Source: Candidatus Methanomethylicia archaeon
GTDB taxonomy: Archaea > Thermoproteota > Methanomethylicia > CALHIW01
Assembly: GCA_038845975.1 (NCBI GenBank)
Contig: JAWBQF010000030.1
Location: 1 to 33,591, forward strand
Direction of reading: 5' to 3'
DNA length: 33,591 nt
The notes beneath the pieces are model-generated. The model saw only the letters and a program-made list of their open reading frames with translations, searched no databases and was not told the origin of the DNA. Shown here one piece after another: positions 10,907 to 21,780 of this stretch. Positions within the stretch are counted from its first letter, which is position 1. Each line of letters opens with the position of its first letter. The translations under genes were made by a program, and so were the position numbers.

Positions 10907-11955
10907 ATAAGATATATAAACATCAAAGCAATATAGTAAGTATATCTCTTCTTGCTCGTTATCCATTTTTAAGTGATGCAAGAAACTATATCTCCATGTT
11001 TAACATTAACATTGATGACTTAAGCAAGCCGGAACACAATGAAATACTACAAGAAGCCATGAGAGAAATTTATGAAATTATTAGTGGAGCTAATGAAGAG
11101 AGATACATTGACGACTATATTAAATTAATGGCTTTCCCAGTTATTCTAGCTATGCTCTCTTATATAGGTTCTAAGACATTGATAAATAAATATGCTATTA
11201 AAAAAGCTAAAGAAATTGAAGAAGTACTTAGACATGAAGATGATGATGTACTCTGTTATGTTGCAAGTAATGGATTTAACTGGACTATTAAACCTGTAGG
11301 AAAATCAATATTTGCTATAAACTTCAAGGATTACTTAATTGCATCAGCTATGTTTAATGACCAATCGTGGAAGTTAGTTAATCAAATTCTAATTAATGGA
11401 TTAGTATACTTATCTAAGAGTAAACTGATTAGATTAATGGCAGCTGAATTGCAAAGAAAAATAATACAGATTGAGCCGAAAAAGGAAGAACCGCCTGAAA
11501 GTATTAAGAATATAATACTAAAAATAAGGGAGGTAATAAAGAAAACAATATCTGAACGCTATGATTACTTAAAAGCTTCTGAACCTGTTAATATTAATTT
11601 CTTTCCACCATGTGTTTTAAGTATATATAATGATCTAATTTCAGGAAAATCAGTTTCACATATTGCTAGATTTATATTAACAACTTTCTTGATAAATATA
11701 GGATTAGACGTCGATTCTATTATTAATATTTTTCAAAAAGTAGCTGACTATGATCCAGCTAAGACAAGATATCAGGTTGAACATATAGCTGGAAAACGTG
11801 GAAGTAGAACAAAATATATAACCCCAAAATGCGAAAATATAAAAACCATGGGATTATGTCTAGGTAACTGTGGCGTAAAACATCCATTAAATGCATATAA
11901 AAGAAAGGTAAGACAGAAACATGAAAGAAAAAATTTTCTTAAAAAAGAAATTTAA
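10903..11955 (+). CDS. priL: DNA primase large subunit
   Basis: LARYPFL, FPPC, H.ARF.L.TFL and T.YQVEHIAG..G....Y..PKC with the C-terminal Fe-S cysteines. Confidence 0.93.
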   Translation: MNKIYKHQSNIVSISLLARYPFLSDARNYISMFNINIDDLSKPEHNEILQEAMREIYEIISGANEERYIDDYIKLMAFPVILAMLSYIGSKTLINKYAIKKAKEIEEVLRHEDDDVLCYVASNGFNWTIKPVGKSIFAINFKDYLIASAMFNDQSWKLVNQILINGLVYLSKSKLIRLMAAELQRKIIQIEPKKEEPPESIKNIILKIREVIKKTISERYDYLKASEPVNINFFPPCVLSIYNDLISGKSVSHIARFILTTFLINIGLDVDSIINIFQKVADYDPAKTRYQVEHIAGKRGSRTKYITPKCENIKTMGLCLGNCGVKHPLNAYKRKVRQKHERKNFLKKEI

Positions 11956-13162
11956 GGAGTATTATAACACTCTTGATATAGGAGAAATTAAAATTAATGA
12001 TTTAAGAAGACGGGAATTTGGATTTGTAATGTTCGAAGAGAGCGGGATGATTAGACATAAAGCCTTTAATAGTGCTAATGAGCTTGCCGAATTTGTAAGG
12101 GAGCATACCCCAGCTCATGCTTACTACTCATCAGCATATTATGAACATCCATTAGCAGAGAATATGACTGAAAAAAAGTGGATTGGGGCTGACTTAATCT
12201 TTGATGTTGATGTTGATCATATACCAACCTCCTGTAAGAATAAACATGATAAATGGAAATGTTTGGATTGCAATAGCATTGGAACAGGAATAGAATCTAA
12301 AGCATGTAATGTATGTGGATCGAAGAGAATAGAGAGCAAAAAATGGGTATGCCAGAAGTGTTTAGAAATAGCGAAGGCTGAGATAACAAAGTTAATTGAT
12401 GATTTCTTATTAAATGACTTCGGTTTTAATCTTAAAGACATTGAAATAGTATTTTCTGGACATAGAGGATATCATGTGCATGTATATTCAAAAGATGTGC
12501 TTACATTAGATCAAAATGCGAGAAGAGAGATTATAGATTATGTAAGAGGAAGAGGAATAGATGTATATTTTCTATTTGGAAAGTATTCATATGAAGAAAT
12601 TATTAGCTATGGACCAAGTATAAACGAGCCGGGATGGCTTGGACGCTGGTCAAGAGGGTTATACGATTATATTATTAATATAAAAGAAAATATGAAAGAA
12701 GAAATAAAAGTGTCAGAAAATTTTTCCTCACTATTAATCAAAAATATGAATAAAATTATTGAAAGTTACTCAACAAATAATAAACCGCTACTTTCACCAT
12801 TAGCATTATCACTAAAAAGTAGAAACCTAAAACTATTTGCTGAAAAAGTAGCTGAAGAATACGGTGTGAAAATTGATGAGCAAGTTACATTAGATGTTAA
12901 AAGATTAATTAGAATTCCAAATACTCTTCATGGTAAAACGGGATTAAAAGCAACAATTGTAAAATATGATTTGCTAGATTCATTTAATCCTTTAACAGAT
13001 GCTATTATTTTTAAAAATGGGAAAATTACAGTAAGAGTGGATGAGAGCCCCGAAATATACATGTTTAATAAAGACTTTGGCCCCTATCAAAATCAAATCG
13101 TTGATTTACCAGTATATGTTGCAATATACTTAATAGGACAGCAATCAGCAAAGTTACCTTGA
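11921..13162 (+). CDS. priS: DNA primase small (catalytic) subunit
   Basis: RREFGF, YYSSAYY..P, GADLIFDVD.DH, FSGHRGYH and D..VT.D..RLIR.P.TLHGKTG motifs. Confidence 0.95.
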   Translation: MKEKIFLKKKFKEYYNTLDIGEIKINDLRRREFGFVMFEESGMIRHKAFNSANELAEFVREHTPAHAYYSSAYYEHPLAENMTEKKWIGADLIFDVDVDHIPTSCKNKHDKWKCLDCNSIGTGIESKACNVCGSKRIESKKWVCQKCLEIAKAEITKLIDDFLLNDFGFNLKDIEIVFSGHRGYHVHVYSKDVLTLDQNARREIIDYVRGRGIDVYFLFGKYSYEEIISYGPSINEPGWLGRWSRGLYDYIINIKENMKEEIKVSENFSSLLIKNMNKIIESYSTNNKPLLSPLALSLKSRNLKLFAEKVAEEYGVKIDEQVTLDVKRLIRIPNTLHGKTGLKATIVKYDLLDSFNPLTDAIIFKNGKITVRVDESPEIYMFNKDFGPYQNQIVDLPVYVAIYLIGQQSAKLP

Positions 13163-13220
13163 TAGATTAAGAATTAAATATTTCATTTAAATAATCTTAT
13201 GAACATGTGGGCTATTTAAA

Positions 13221-13745
13221 ATGCTGAAAAAAATAATCGATACTTGGAAAAGAGAAATTAGCAGTGATGAAATCATTAGGATAGAAAATGAATTGCTTGA
13301 ACATATAATTGACTACTTTAAAACTAGCTCATTAAAAATAAATGATCCAAATACTACTGCACTACAGCATAAGCTTACTACTGAAGAAATAAATTTAGCA
13401 ATAAAGATTTTAAATAATTTCTACAAGTTTAGAAGAAGTAAAGTTTTCTTAGAAATTATAGATGAGGAAACATTAAATGTTAATGCTATATCGATGCCTG
13501 AAAAGGAATTTTACCTAGAAATACTTGACAAATTGAAAACAGAGTTTATAAATCTTGAAGAGCAAGTTAAAATCAGTATTGGAGATAAAGAATTAACTAC
13601 TGTTAGATTCATAAGCAGTATTCCGCAATTTTTAGGAATTGATTTAAGAACATACGGGCCTTATGAGGTAGAAGATGTAGCTGCAATACCAAGACGTAAT
13701 GCTATAATCTTATCTCAAAAGGGTATTTGTATAATACTTAAGTAA
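13221..13745 (+). CDS. GINS complex subunit (Gins15-type)
   Basis: C-terminal VRF...IP.F.G.DL.TYGP...EDVA.IP..NA motif; conserved position after priS. Confidence 0.85.
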   Translation: MLKKIIDTWKREISSDEIIRIENELLEHIIDYFKTSSLKINDPNTTALQHKLTTEEINLAIKILNNFYKFRRSKVFLEIIDEETLNVNAISMPEKEFYLEILDKLKTEFINLEEQVKISIGDKELTTVRFISSIPQFLGIDLRTYGPYEVEDVAAIPRRNAIILSQKGICIILK

Positions 13746-15016
13746 TGGAATTCTACTTTAAACTTTTTAGAATAGAATATAAAATCTAAGTTTTATATAG
13801 AAAGACGTAGTAACTTAAGAAGAAAGTTACAATACATTAAGTTGCGATGTTTATCTAAAATCTCTCTAATTATCTGTTTATGAAGACTAATAGATTTATT
13901 GAAATGATATCCCCTCGTAACTTAATATTTTTATCTGTATTGATCAAGAAGAACATCTAGAATCATTCATGTAGAGTCTCATAGTTACGATCAATATTTA
14001 ATATTCTACTCATCTTCAAGCTACAATCATAAACAAGTTAATAAAGCCTACAAATAGAATGATATTCTTAGCCTCTTAAATCCATAATTACTAACCATAC
14101 AAAATACAGAGTAAGAACACATGTGGAAGGATAAAAGCTTCCAAATTTGAAAGCAATTCTTGAATCTTTGTACATTAGATTTCATGTAATTTAGTATTTT
14201 GCCGTTACTTTGAATTGTAGTCTTTTGAAGAATATCCTATATCTTGTTTGGCTTCTCTATGTTTATGTATAATTTATTACAAAGACTATTCTATCTTTAT
14301 TTACATTCTTCTTTAGCAAGAATAGAAAACCCATTATCCATTAGTTTAACACAAGCTTCATGATTATGTATATTTAATAAAACATAAACATATGCTCATG
14401 CTCTATTCGGTAGTTAGTTTTGATTACTAGTTTACTTCCCCTTAATACTAGAATTCTCTTAATAATTGCTGTCATACTTCTTCTAGTTCATTTATGAAGA
14501 ATAGTTTAAAACTTAAACCCCAACTATTTTTTAAAAACTTGGAAGTGCCACCTCATCTGTTTTATAGTGTCCTAGTCCAGGCTTTACGAATTTATATTTT
14601 AAGCTTTAACTATTTGCCAATAATCTTAAATCGTAATTATACCATTCCTTTAGCTCACCATAATTTTAACATCTGTAGCCTGATAGTATTTCAAATCTCT
14701 AGCTTATTGAAGCCTTAAATAATAAGCTCTCAAAGTCTTTCTAGCTGATTTAGGCTTACCTCTTAAGGCTTCAACCTCTATCCAGAAACCCATACATGAT
14801 TTCTATCTAAGTTCCCACGCAGTATTCACCTCCTCCCTACACTTAATAGCTAAAGTTCTCCCCTACTCCTGAATTCCCTCACATACATAAACACTTAGAC
14901 CTCATCAACATCCCTACAAATAACAACAGGAGAACAATCCATTAAAAATAGTTAAAGCATAAAAATTCACGAACTAGTAATGTTAATTAAGGGGGTACGT
15001 CATATTAGCCGATAAA

Positions 15017-15024
15017 CTTAAATT
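15017..15024 (+). promoter_or_regulatory. putative TATA box of tRNA-Gln
   Basis: CTTAAATT after an A-rich BRE-like stretch, starting 28 nt upstream of 15045. Confidence 0.55.
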
Positions 15025-15053
15025 CTCATAAAACAATCTATATCAGCCCGGAA

Positions 15054-15140
15054 AGCCCGGTGGAGACTATCGCCGATTGTAGTGGCCAAGCATAGCAGGC
15101 TCTGGCCCTGCTGACGGGAGTTCGAATCTCCCCCGGGCTA
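15054..15140 (+). tRNA. tRNA-Gln(CUG) with a 14-nt intron at 10/11 (15064-15077)
   Basis: AGCCCGG/CCGGGCT acceptor, GCAGG-CT CTG GC-CCTGC anticodon arm, GGGAG-TTCGAAT-CTCCC T arm. Removing AGACTATCGCCGAT restores the D stem GTGT/GCAT; BHB central helix CGGT/GCCG. Confidence 0.9.
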
Positions 15141-15309
15141 CTATCTCATGATTTCTTTTAATGGTTTACTTGCCATAATAATTATTATGAAACTTTACTT
15201 TAGATAGTTAAAATTATGGTTTTTTAATTTCTCTAGAGAATCAAGACATCGTTTGTATTTATTTTAGTGACACTAATAATTAATAAATACTTACAACAAG
15301 TCTGTCAAA

Positions 15310-16281
15310 TTAAAAAATCCAGTTTTTATATTCAATATACTCATCTACATTTATGGCTTTTCTTAGAAATGCTGATTGTAAAGCTACTTCTGCAAGTATA
15401 TGTGTCATTAAAGCATCTTTCCCTGAGGGAGTAGGATCAAAATTGTTGATTATAGAATTTATGAATTGTTTTAGTTCATTACTTAAAGGCTCTTCCCATT
15501 CATGCTCAAATATATATCTATCATTACTGTCTTGAATTATTATTTCCTGTGTTATATAGTCAAGATCAATGATTCCATTAGTTCCAGTTAATGTAAGTTT
15601 TCTAATCTTTTTTGGTGTTAACCAATTAGTCTCTATAAATGCGCTTTCACCACTATTGTATAGCATTAAAATGTTTGCGTGGTCTTCAAGTCTATGAATT
15701 AATTTTCCTGCAGCTGCAAAAATAATACTGGGTTCTTTTTCATATAAGTATCTCGCTACATCAATTTCATGTATTCCATAATCCTTTATTACATCAACAT
15801 CTACAATTCTTATAGGATAAGCTGAGACTCTTTTTGCAGATGATAATATTAGCTTTCCAATTTTACCTTGTCTAATAAGCTTTTTTGATATTTGGACAGC
15901 AGGATTAAATCTTTCAATGAATCCAACCATTATTTTCACACCAGCTTCGTTAGCCTTATCAACTACCATTATAGCTTCCTCAATAGTAGACGTCATTGGT
16001 TTTTCAATAAACACATGGACTCCCAACTCAATTACTTTAACAGCTATGTTTGAATGGGTTGATGTTGGAGTGCAAATAGTTACTGCGTCAAGTTTTTCTC
16101 TTTTTATCATTTCTTCAAAATCAGTATACCATTTAACTTGATATTTTTTAGCAACTAATCTTGCAGTTTCAGTGTTTAAGTCACATATAGATAAAGCTTC
16201 AATATTATCTAGTTGTTTAAGCACTCTTACATGATTTTGTCCCCAATATCCTACACCTATAACGCCTACTCTAAGACTCAT
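15310..16281 (-). CDS. Gfo/Idh/MocA-family oxidoreductase (possible nucleotide-sugar dehydrogenase)
   Basis: GVGYWG..H, EKP, VGFIERFNPA and D.GIH.ID motifs; downstream of aglH-like. Confidence 0.85.
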   Translation of the reverse strand: MSLRVGVIGVGYWGQNHVRVLKQLDNIEALSICDLNTETARLVAKKYQVKWYTDFEEMIKREKLDAVTICTPTSTHSNIAVKVIELGVHVFIEKPMTSTIEEAIMVVDKANEAGVKIMVGFIERFNPAVQISKKLIRQGKIGKLILSSAKRVSAYPIRIVDVDVIKDYGIHEIDVARYLYEKEPSIIFAAAGKLIHRLEDHANILMLYNSGESAFIETNWLTPKKIRKLTLTGTNGIIDLDYITQEIIIQDSNDRYIFEHEWEEPLSNELKQFINSIINNFDPTPSGKDALMTHILAEVALQSAFLRKAINVDEYIEYKNWIF

Positions 16282-16315
16282 CCCCTATCTATAACCTCTA
16301 TTTCATGATCTAAAT

Positions 16316-16555
16316 TTATTGTTTTAAGCATTTCTTCATAAAGTATGTTTTTACACTAAGATTCCATATATATAACCATAACGTAAATAGGAAAACTGCT
16401 ATAAGTACCTTCAACAGTCCAGTTAAAAATGCACTAGGTAATTCACCATGAATTTCAAGAGGAACTATCATGCTAGATACTATATAAAACAATAGAATTA
16501 ACATCATCCAATTAAGAAATATTATGATTAGTACAATTTTTACTCTATTTAACAC
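16316..16555 (-). CDS. small membrane protein (2 predicted TM helices)
   Basis: Two hydrophobic stretches. Probable GTG start at 16555 overlaps the aglH-like stop. Confidence 0.6.
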   Translation of the reverse strand: MLNRVKIVLIIIFLNWMMLILLFYIVSSMIVPLEIHGELPSAFLTGLLKVLIAVFLFTLWLYIWNLSVKTYFMKKCLKQ

Positions 16556-17562
16556 ATACCCACCATGTACATTAAGTACATTGTAAGTAAAGCCAGTAAA
16601 GCTGAGAAAAGAGCAATTACTATATAACACTTTATTAATGTCTTTTCATCGGCAGGACCATTAATTAGGAATAAGCTAGCAAGAACTATAGGCGCCTCTG
16701 GATTCTTATTAATTTCAAGTTTATATTCTTCATTTATAATTGTCGGACGTATTATTTCAGCTCTCTCTCTTAATCCATGAATACTCATAAGGGTATGAAA
16801 CCCATTAAGTATGAATGGCATAAAGGCAATAAATGCTACAACTTCTGCTTTACAAATTATTGAAAGCACACCTATAAGAGCACCTACACTTAACGATCCA
16901 ATATCTCCAGGAAAAACTTTTGCAGGATATTTATTGTAGGGTAAGTATGCAATAAGCGACGCCATTACAACCAGGCATATTATTAACTCATTGAAATGCC
17001 CATTAATAATAGCTGTTAAGGCTATGCAAGTAAGCACTATTAGACTTGTTAAAGGCATAACACCATTAAATACATCCATCATATTGACGGCATTCGATGT
17101 TACAGCTATAGCTAGAGGAATAAGAAAAGGGTATACGTAATGAAGCCGAGCAAAACCGGCAAAGGGTAGTTTAATGTATGGGTAATAAGCTTTAAGAAAA
17201 AGTAAGGGAATCCCTCCAAAAAATGTTAGGACTGTTTTTTTGAATGCACTTAATGTTTTTAAGTCATCAATAAATCCTACTATAGCTATAATAATTAGAG
17301 TTAGTATAACTGATAAGACCTTTACTTTAAAGTTATTTTCCTGTATAAATGGAAAAAGAAACACTAATCCAACAATTATGCTAACAACTATACATATCCC
17401 ACCCATTTCGGCAACATCAGGTTGGTTTGGTTTATGTATGTCCTTACCAGTTATACCATGTAAAATCGCAAATTTAATATAGTATCTTAAGGAAATGTAT
17501 GTAGAAATAAATGAAAGTAATATTGCTAGTATACTAGCAATATATAAAATCATCATACTCAC
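16549..17562 (-). CDS. aglH: UDP-GlcNAc:dolichyl-phosphate GlcNAc-1-P transferase (AglH; MraY/GPT family)
   Basis: GKDIHKP..P.VAEMGG, GFIDD, NAVNMMDVFNG and YPAKVFPGD.G motifs. Confidence 0.85.
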   Translation of the reverse strand: MSMMILYIASILAILLSFISTYISLRYYIKFAILHGITGKDIHKPNQPDVAEMGGICIVVSIIVGLVFLFPFIQENNFKVKVLSVILTLIIIAIVGFIDDLKTLSAFKKTVLTFFGGIPLLFLKAYYPYIKLPFAGFARLHYVYPFLIPLAIAVTSNAVNMMDVFNGVMPLTSLIVLTCIALTAIINGHFNELIICLVVMASLIAYLPYNKYPAKVFPGDIGSLSVGALIGVLSIICKAEVVAFIAFMPFILNGFHTLMSIHGLRERAEIIRPTIINEEYKLEINKNPEAPIVLASLFLINGPADEKTLIKCYIVIALFSALLALLTMYLMYMVGMC

Positions 17563-17627
17563 CCAAACATTAGTTTACCTTGATGTTCGGTAAGATTTAA
17601 ATCTTTCTTCATTTTAACTTAAAATTT

Positions 17628-18410
17628 ATGCAAAACTATTTAGATAAAGTAAGCAAATTAAAATCCTTTTTCAGCAAAATTAAGGATGCTATTATACTGC
17701 TTGGTGGTGATATTGGAAGTGCTGTCCTAGCAAAAATAGCTAAAGACTCATTAGGTGATAATGTAATTGCTATAACTATAAATTCACCTATAGTTTCCCC
17801 GCTAAGAATATACAATGCGAGTAAACTAGCTACCCAAATTAAAATCTCACATATTCTAGTTAACTTAAATGAACTTCAAATTGAAAACTTTGCAAGAAAT
17901 TCCAAAAGTAATAGATGTCTTTTATGTGTAACATATAGATATGGAATGATTAAAAAGATAGCTCTAGAAGCAGGATTTAGTAAAATCATTGATGGGTCAT
18001 ATATTCAAGGAAGCATCTTTGAACAAAAACGGAATATTTGCATAAAGGAAGATATTTCTCAGCCATTTATAGAATTAGGATTTAATCATGATGAAGTGTT
18101 AAAACTTCATAAATTTATTGGATTAAAAGGTCCACAACATATACCTAAATGTATTGCGAACAAAATTCCATATAATACCGAAATCACTCTAGATAAGATA
18201 AAATATATTAGACTTATTGAAGCATATTTACATAAGCGCTACAAGGTATATGCTGATGTACACTATAATGGTGAAAGTATAATACTAGATGTAAAAGCTA
18301 CAACTAGTTGTGATATTAGCAAGAGTGAAATTATTAATTCAATCACTAAAACTTTTAGAAATGCCAATATTAAGAAGATAGAATGGACTTTACCGTCTTA
18401 TACTCTCTAA
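17628..18410 (+). CDS. LarE/TIGR00268-like adenine-nucleotide alpha hydrolase with a degenerate PP-loop
   Basis: Overall LarE layout (LG.NVIAIT..SP, N...RC..C, I.DG, P..ELG, C.A..IPY...IT), but SGGVDS reads LGGDIGS. Confidence 0.7.
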   Translation: MQNYLDKVSKLKSFFSKIKDAIILLGGDIGSAVLAKIAKDSLGDNVIAITINSPIVSPLRIYNASKLATQIKISHILVNLNELQIENFARNSKSNRCLLCVTYRYGMIKKIALEAGFSKIIDGSYIQGSIFEQKRNICIKEDISQPFIELGFNHDEVLKLHKFIGLKGPQHIPKCIANKIPYNTEITLDKIKYIRLIEAYLHKRYKVYADVHYNGESIILDVKATTSCDISKSEIINSITKTFRNANIKKIEWTLPSYTL

Positions 18411-18949
18411 ATAGTTATGGATGAATTGAATTGTAATTGTAGTTGTAGATTGAGTTTACGAGTATATTGATGATAAGAATATATTAATGTGTTAAAATTA
18501 TTAATTACTATATTGAAGCTATTAATACTATGCTATAACTTTACCTCTCAAAGAACTTAACAATCATAGATTAAACCTTCAATAAACAGATAGAATCACA
18601 TAATCATCATCAATAGAGAATTAGATATTCTCAGCTAATAATATAGAAAACTTAAACACTAAACCATCTATCAGGCAACACCTAAAGAAACAAGTCACAA
18701 CAACCATAAAAACTCCCTTGTTAACTTAATTATCGACTACACCTCTTATATAATATCTATTCTAAATTCATCCATCATACACCTAAATACAATCAAGCAA
18801 TATTCAGCTAAATATAAACATCCAATTAATAGAACTACCTCTACAAACCCTGAAGCTAGCAAAATTTCACACAATATCCTAAATTACTGCACCTGACATT
18901 ATTTAGAGTAAAATTTAAAAACCACAATACAAAATACGAAAAGATTCCT

Positions 18950-21052
18950 ATGTTCAGTATTTGGTTAGTAATAGTACTAGGTGCAGGTTTATCTGCAGTA
19001 ATATACGCACTAGCCTTAGCTATTTATGTTTTAAAGCAGGATAAAGGATCAGGTAGGATGATCGAAATATATAGCTATATTAAGGAGGGAGCTAAGACCT
19101 ATCTAGCTAAACAGTACATGATTATAATAATAGTTGTTACTATAATTGCCTTTTTAATGTATTTAGCGCTTAGAACTATAAACTCTGAGTATGCTATACG
19201 TAATGTTACCTCATATGTGATTGGTGCATTATCATCTTCTCTTTGTGGATTTGTTGGTATGTATGTTGCTGTAAATGCAAATGTTAGAACAGCAAATAGT
19301 GCTAAAAATAGCGGACTAAATAAAGCTTTAAAAGTAGCATTTAGTGGTGGTACCGTTTTGGGCATGTCTGTTGTAGGTGTCGGTCTATTATCTATATTGT
19401 TATTTCTATGGCTCTATAGTGGATTTTCCACTAATTTAGAGGTTATTAAAAACGCTATTAGAGATATTGTTTCCTTTGCATTTGGTGCTAGTACTGTTGC
19501 ATTATTTGCAAGAGTAGGCGGTGGAATATATACCAAGGCTGCTGATATAGGTGCAGACCTCGTTGGTAAAGTTGAAAAAGGAATCCCTGAAGATGATCCG
19601 AGAAATCCGGGTGTTATTGCTGATAATGTTGGTGATAATGTTGGTGATGTTGCGGGCATGGGTGCGGATCTTTATGAGTCCTATGTTGAAGCTATAATTT
19701 CAACAATGGTTATTGGAGTTATTATAACCTTAACTGTAAAATCTATAAATTGGATTATACTTCCAATGGCTATAGCTGGTATAGGAATAGTTTCATCAAT
19801 AATTTCCACTATTACTATAGGTTTAATTAAAGATCCATCATATGCAATTACAAGTACTACTTTCATATCTACAACTCTAACAGCGATTTTTTCATATTTC
19901 ATTTGTATTCAAATGCTTGGAAGCGAGGGTATAGGCATATTTATGGCTGTACTAGCAGGTTTAGTTGTAGGCATGATTGTAGGTATAACTTCCGATTACT
20001 TTACAAATAGAGATAGAAAGCCAGTTAAAATGGTTGCAGAAGCTTCCCAAGCAGGTCCAGCATTAACAATACTAACAGGCTTCTCTATTGGATTTCTCAG
20101 TACAGTAATACCGATGGTTAGCATAGCTATAGCTAGCATAATTTCCTATACTTTTGCTACTAATTATGTTACTAGTGTAGCTAATAAATTAGCTATTGGC
20201 CTATATGGTGTAGCTATATCAGCTGTTGGTATGCTTGCTCCAGCAGGAGTTGTTGTAGCTGCGGATGCTTATGGGCCAGTTACAGATAATGCTGCAGGTA
20301 TCGCTGAACAAGCTGGATTAGAAGAAGATGTACGTGCTATATGCGATAGACTTGATTCCATAGGTAATACTATGAAGTCAATATGTAAAGGATTTGCGAT
20401 AGGCTCAGCTGCCTTAACAGCTTTAGCATTAATATCTGCATATATCCAATCATTACCAGAACAAGTAACTAGTAGAATGTTAAGTGAACTGAATTTGATG
20501 AACCCGTACACGTTAGCAGGAATAATAATTGGTGCTAGTCTACCTGCAATACTTACATCTATTGTGATAATGGGTGTAAGTAGAACAGCATATAGACTTG
20601 TTGAAGAAATTAGAAGACAATTTAGAGAAATACCAGGTCTAATGGAAGGTAAAGCTAAACCAGACTATGGTAAATGTGTAGGTATAGCCACAGTAAGTGC
20701 TCTTAAAAACCTCATAGTTCCGGGTATAATTGCTTTGTCTTTACCAATAATTATCGGGCTATTCCTTGGACCCGTAGCTTTAGGTGGAATGCTTATTGGA
20801 GCTGTTGTAGTTGGTCTGCTACTGGGTCTATTTCAAGGTAATGTAGGCAATACTTGGGATAATGCTAAAAAGTATGTTGAGCTTGGTAATTTAGGTGGTA
20901 AGGGAAGCGATACTCATAAAGCAGCTGTTATTGGTGATACTGTTGGAGATCCAATGAAAGATTCAGCAGGCCCAGCTCAGAATATATTCATAAAACTCAT
21001 GTCGGTCGCTTCGTTAACATTTGCTACAATAATCGCCTTATTTTATTTCTAG
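18950..21052 (+). CDS. hppA: membrane-bound ion-translocating pyrophosphatase, K+-independent type
   Basis: GGIYTKAADIGADLVGKVE, EDDPRNP.VIADNVGDNVGD and GDTVGDP.KD; Lys in GNTMKS. Confidence 0.95.
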   Translation: MFSIWLVIVLGAGLSAVIYALALAIYVLKQDKGSGRMIEIYSYIKEGAKTYLAKQYMIIIIVVTIIAFLMYLALRTINSEYAIRNVTSYVIGALSSSLCGFVGMYVAVNANVRTANSAKNSGLNKALKVAFSGGTVLGMSVVGVGLLSILLFLWLYSGFSTNLEVIKNAIRDIVSFAFGASTVALFARVGGGIYTKAADIGADLVGKVEKGIPEDDPRNPGVIADNVGDNVGDVAGMGADLYESYVEAIISTMVIGVIITLTVKSINWIILPMAIAGIGIVSSIISTITIGLIKDPSYAITSTTFISTTLTAIFSYFICIQMLGSEGIGIFMAVLAGLVVGMIVGITSDYFTNRDRKPVKMVAEASQAGPALTILTGFSIGFLSTVIPMVSIAIASIISYTFATNYVTSVANKLAIGLYGVAISAVGMLAPAGVVVAADAYGPVTDNAAGIAEQAGLEEDVRAICDRLDSIGNTMKSICKGFAIGSAALTALALISAYIQSLPEQVTSRMLSELNLMNPYTLAGIIIGASLPAILTSIVIMGVSRTAYRLVEEIRRQFREIPGLMEGKAKPDYGKCVGIATVSALKNLIVPGIIALSLPIIIGLFLGPVALGGMLIGAVVVGLLLGLFQGNVGNTWDNAKKYVELGNLGGKGSDTHKAAVIGDTVGDPMKDSAGPAQNIFIKLMSVASLTFATIIALFYF

Positions 21053-21780
21053 CAATATTATTTCTGATAAATAGAATGGAATACCGATCAACAACTATGC
21101 GTATTAAGAATAGAAATATAGAGTCTCAGCAAAGTTATTTAAAAACTTTTACATTAGATTTGCACTATTATTTGTGAAAATATTTGGTTAATTGTCTGTA
21201 TTTTTATTTTGTGTATAAGAGAGTGCATGGTCTTTACTTATTTTATTGCAATCCTATCTATAGAGACTGCTTTTATTTTATATTTTAACAGTCTTACTAT
21301 GATGTCGAGGAGAATATAAGTTAAAAAGACTATATGTTATAGTATTTTTAAAGGCTTCACATTGATTACAGTAATTCATGAGGTTTCTATGGTACTATAC
21401 TCCTTTAAGTTTACGGTTTGCTACTATGCTGAATTTATAGTTTCTTAGAATTTCTATTAACATCCTAAAAAATACTATGGGATTTGGATGTTAACTTAAG
21501 TAATAGATTTCAGAAAGCTATAGAAAAAATAAAATTCATGAGCTACTATAGACGAGGTGTAAAACTTGATGGTATTTTCATTTTAGATATCAAGTCTATC
21601 TGGAAGCTCTTTAAGTGTTGTTAAGACTTGATTAGGTTAATAAGTTAACTACCAATAATTATGGAATTTTCAGATAGGCTCAAACATAACTATTAACTCC
21701 CATAGTCTTACTAACTATAGCTATAGCAGTCGTAAATATAGACAGACCTTAACTCATGAGATGTATAATACTACTAAGCA

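Noticed and set aside
14494-14945. 74-aa ORF and a possible decayed minus-strand gene or IS
   Set aside because: No recognisable family or terminal repeats; composition only hints at a remnant.
15045-15062. Leader duplications as 9-10 nt introns cut at a self-paired CCGG/CCGG helix (Gln, Asp)
   Set aside because: BHB geometry would leave A8 or C8 instead of U8, and the Lys case has no such helix.
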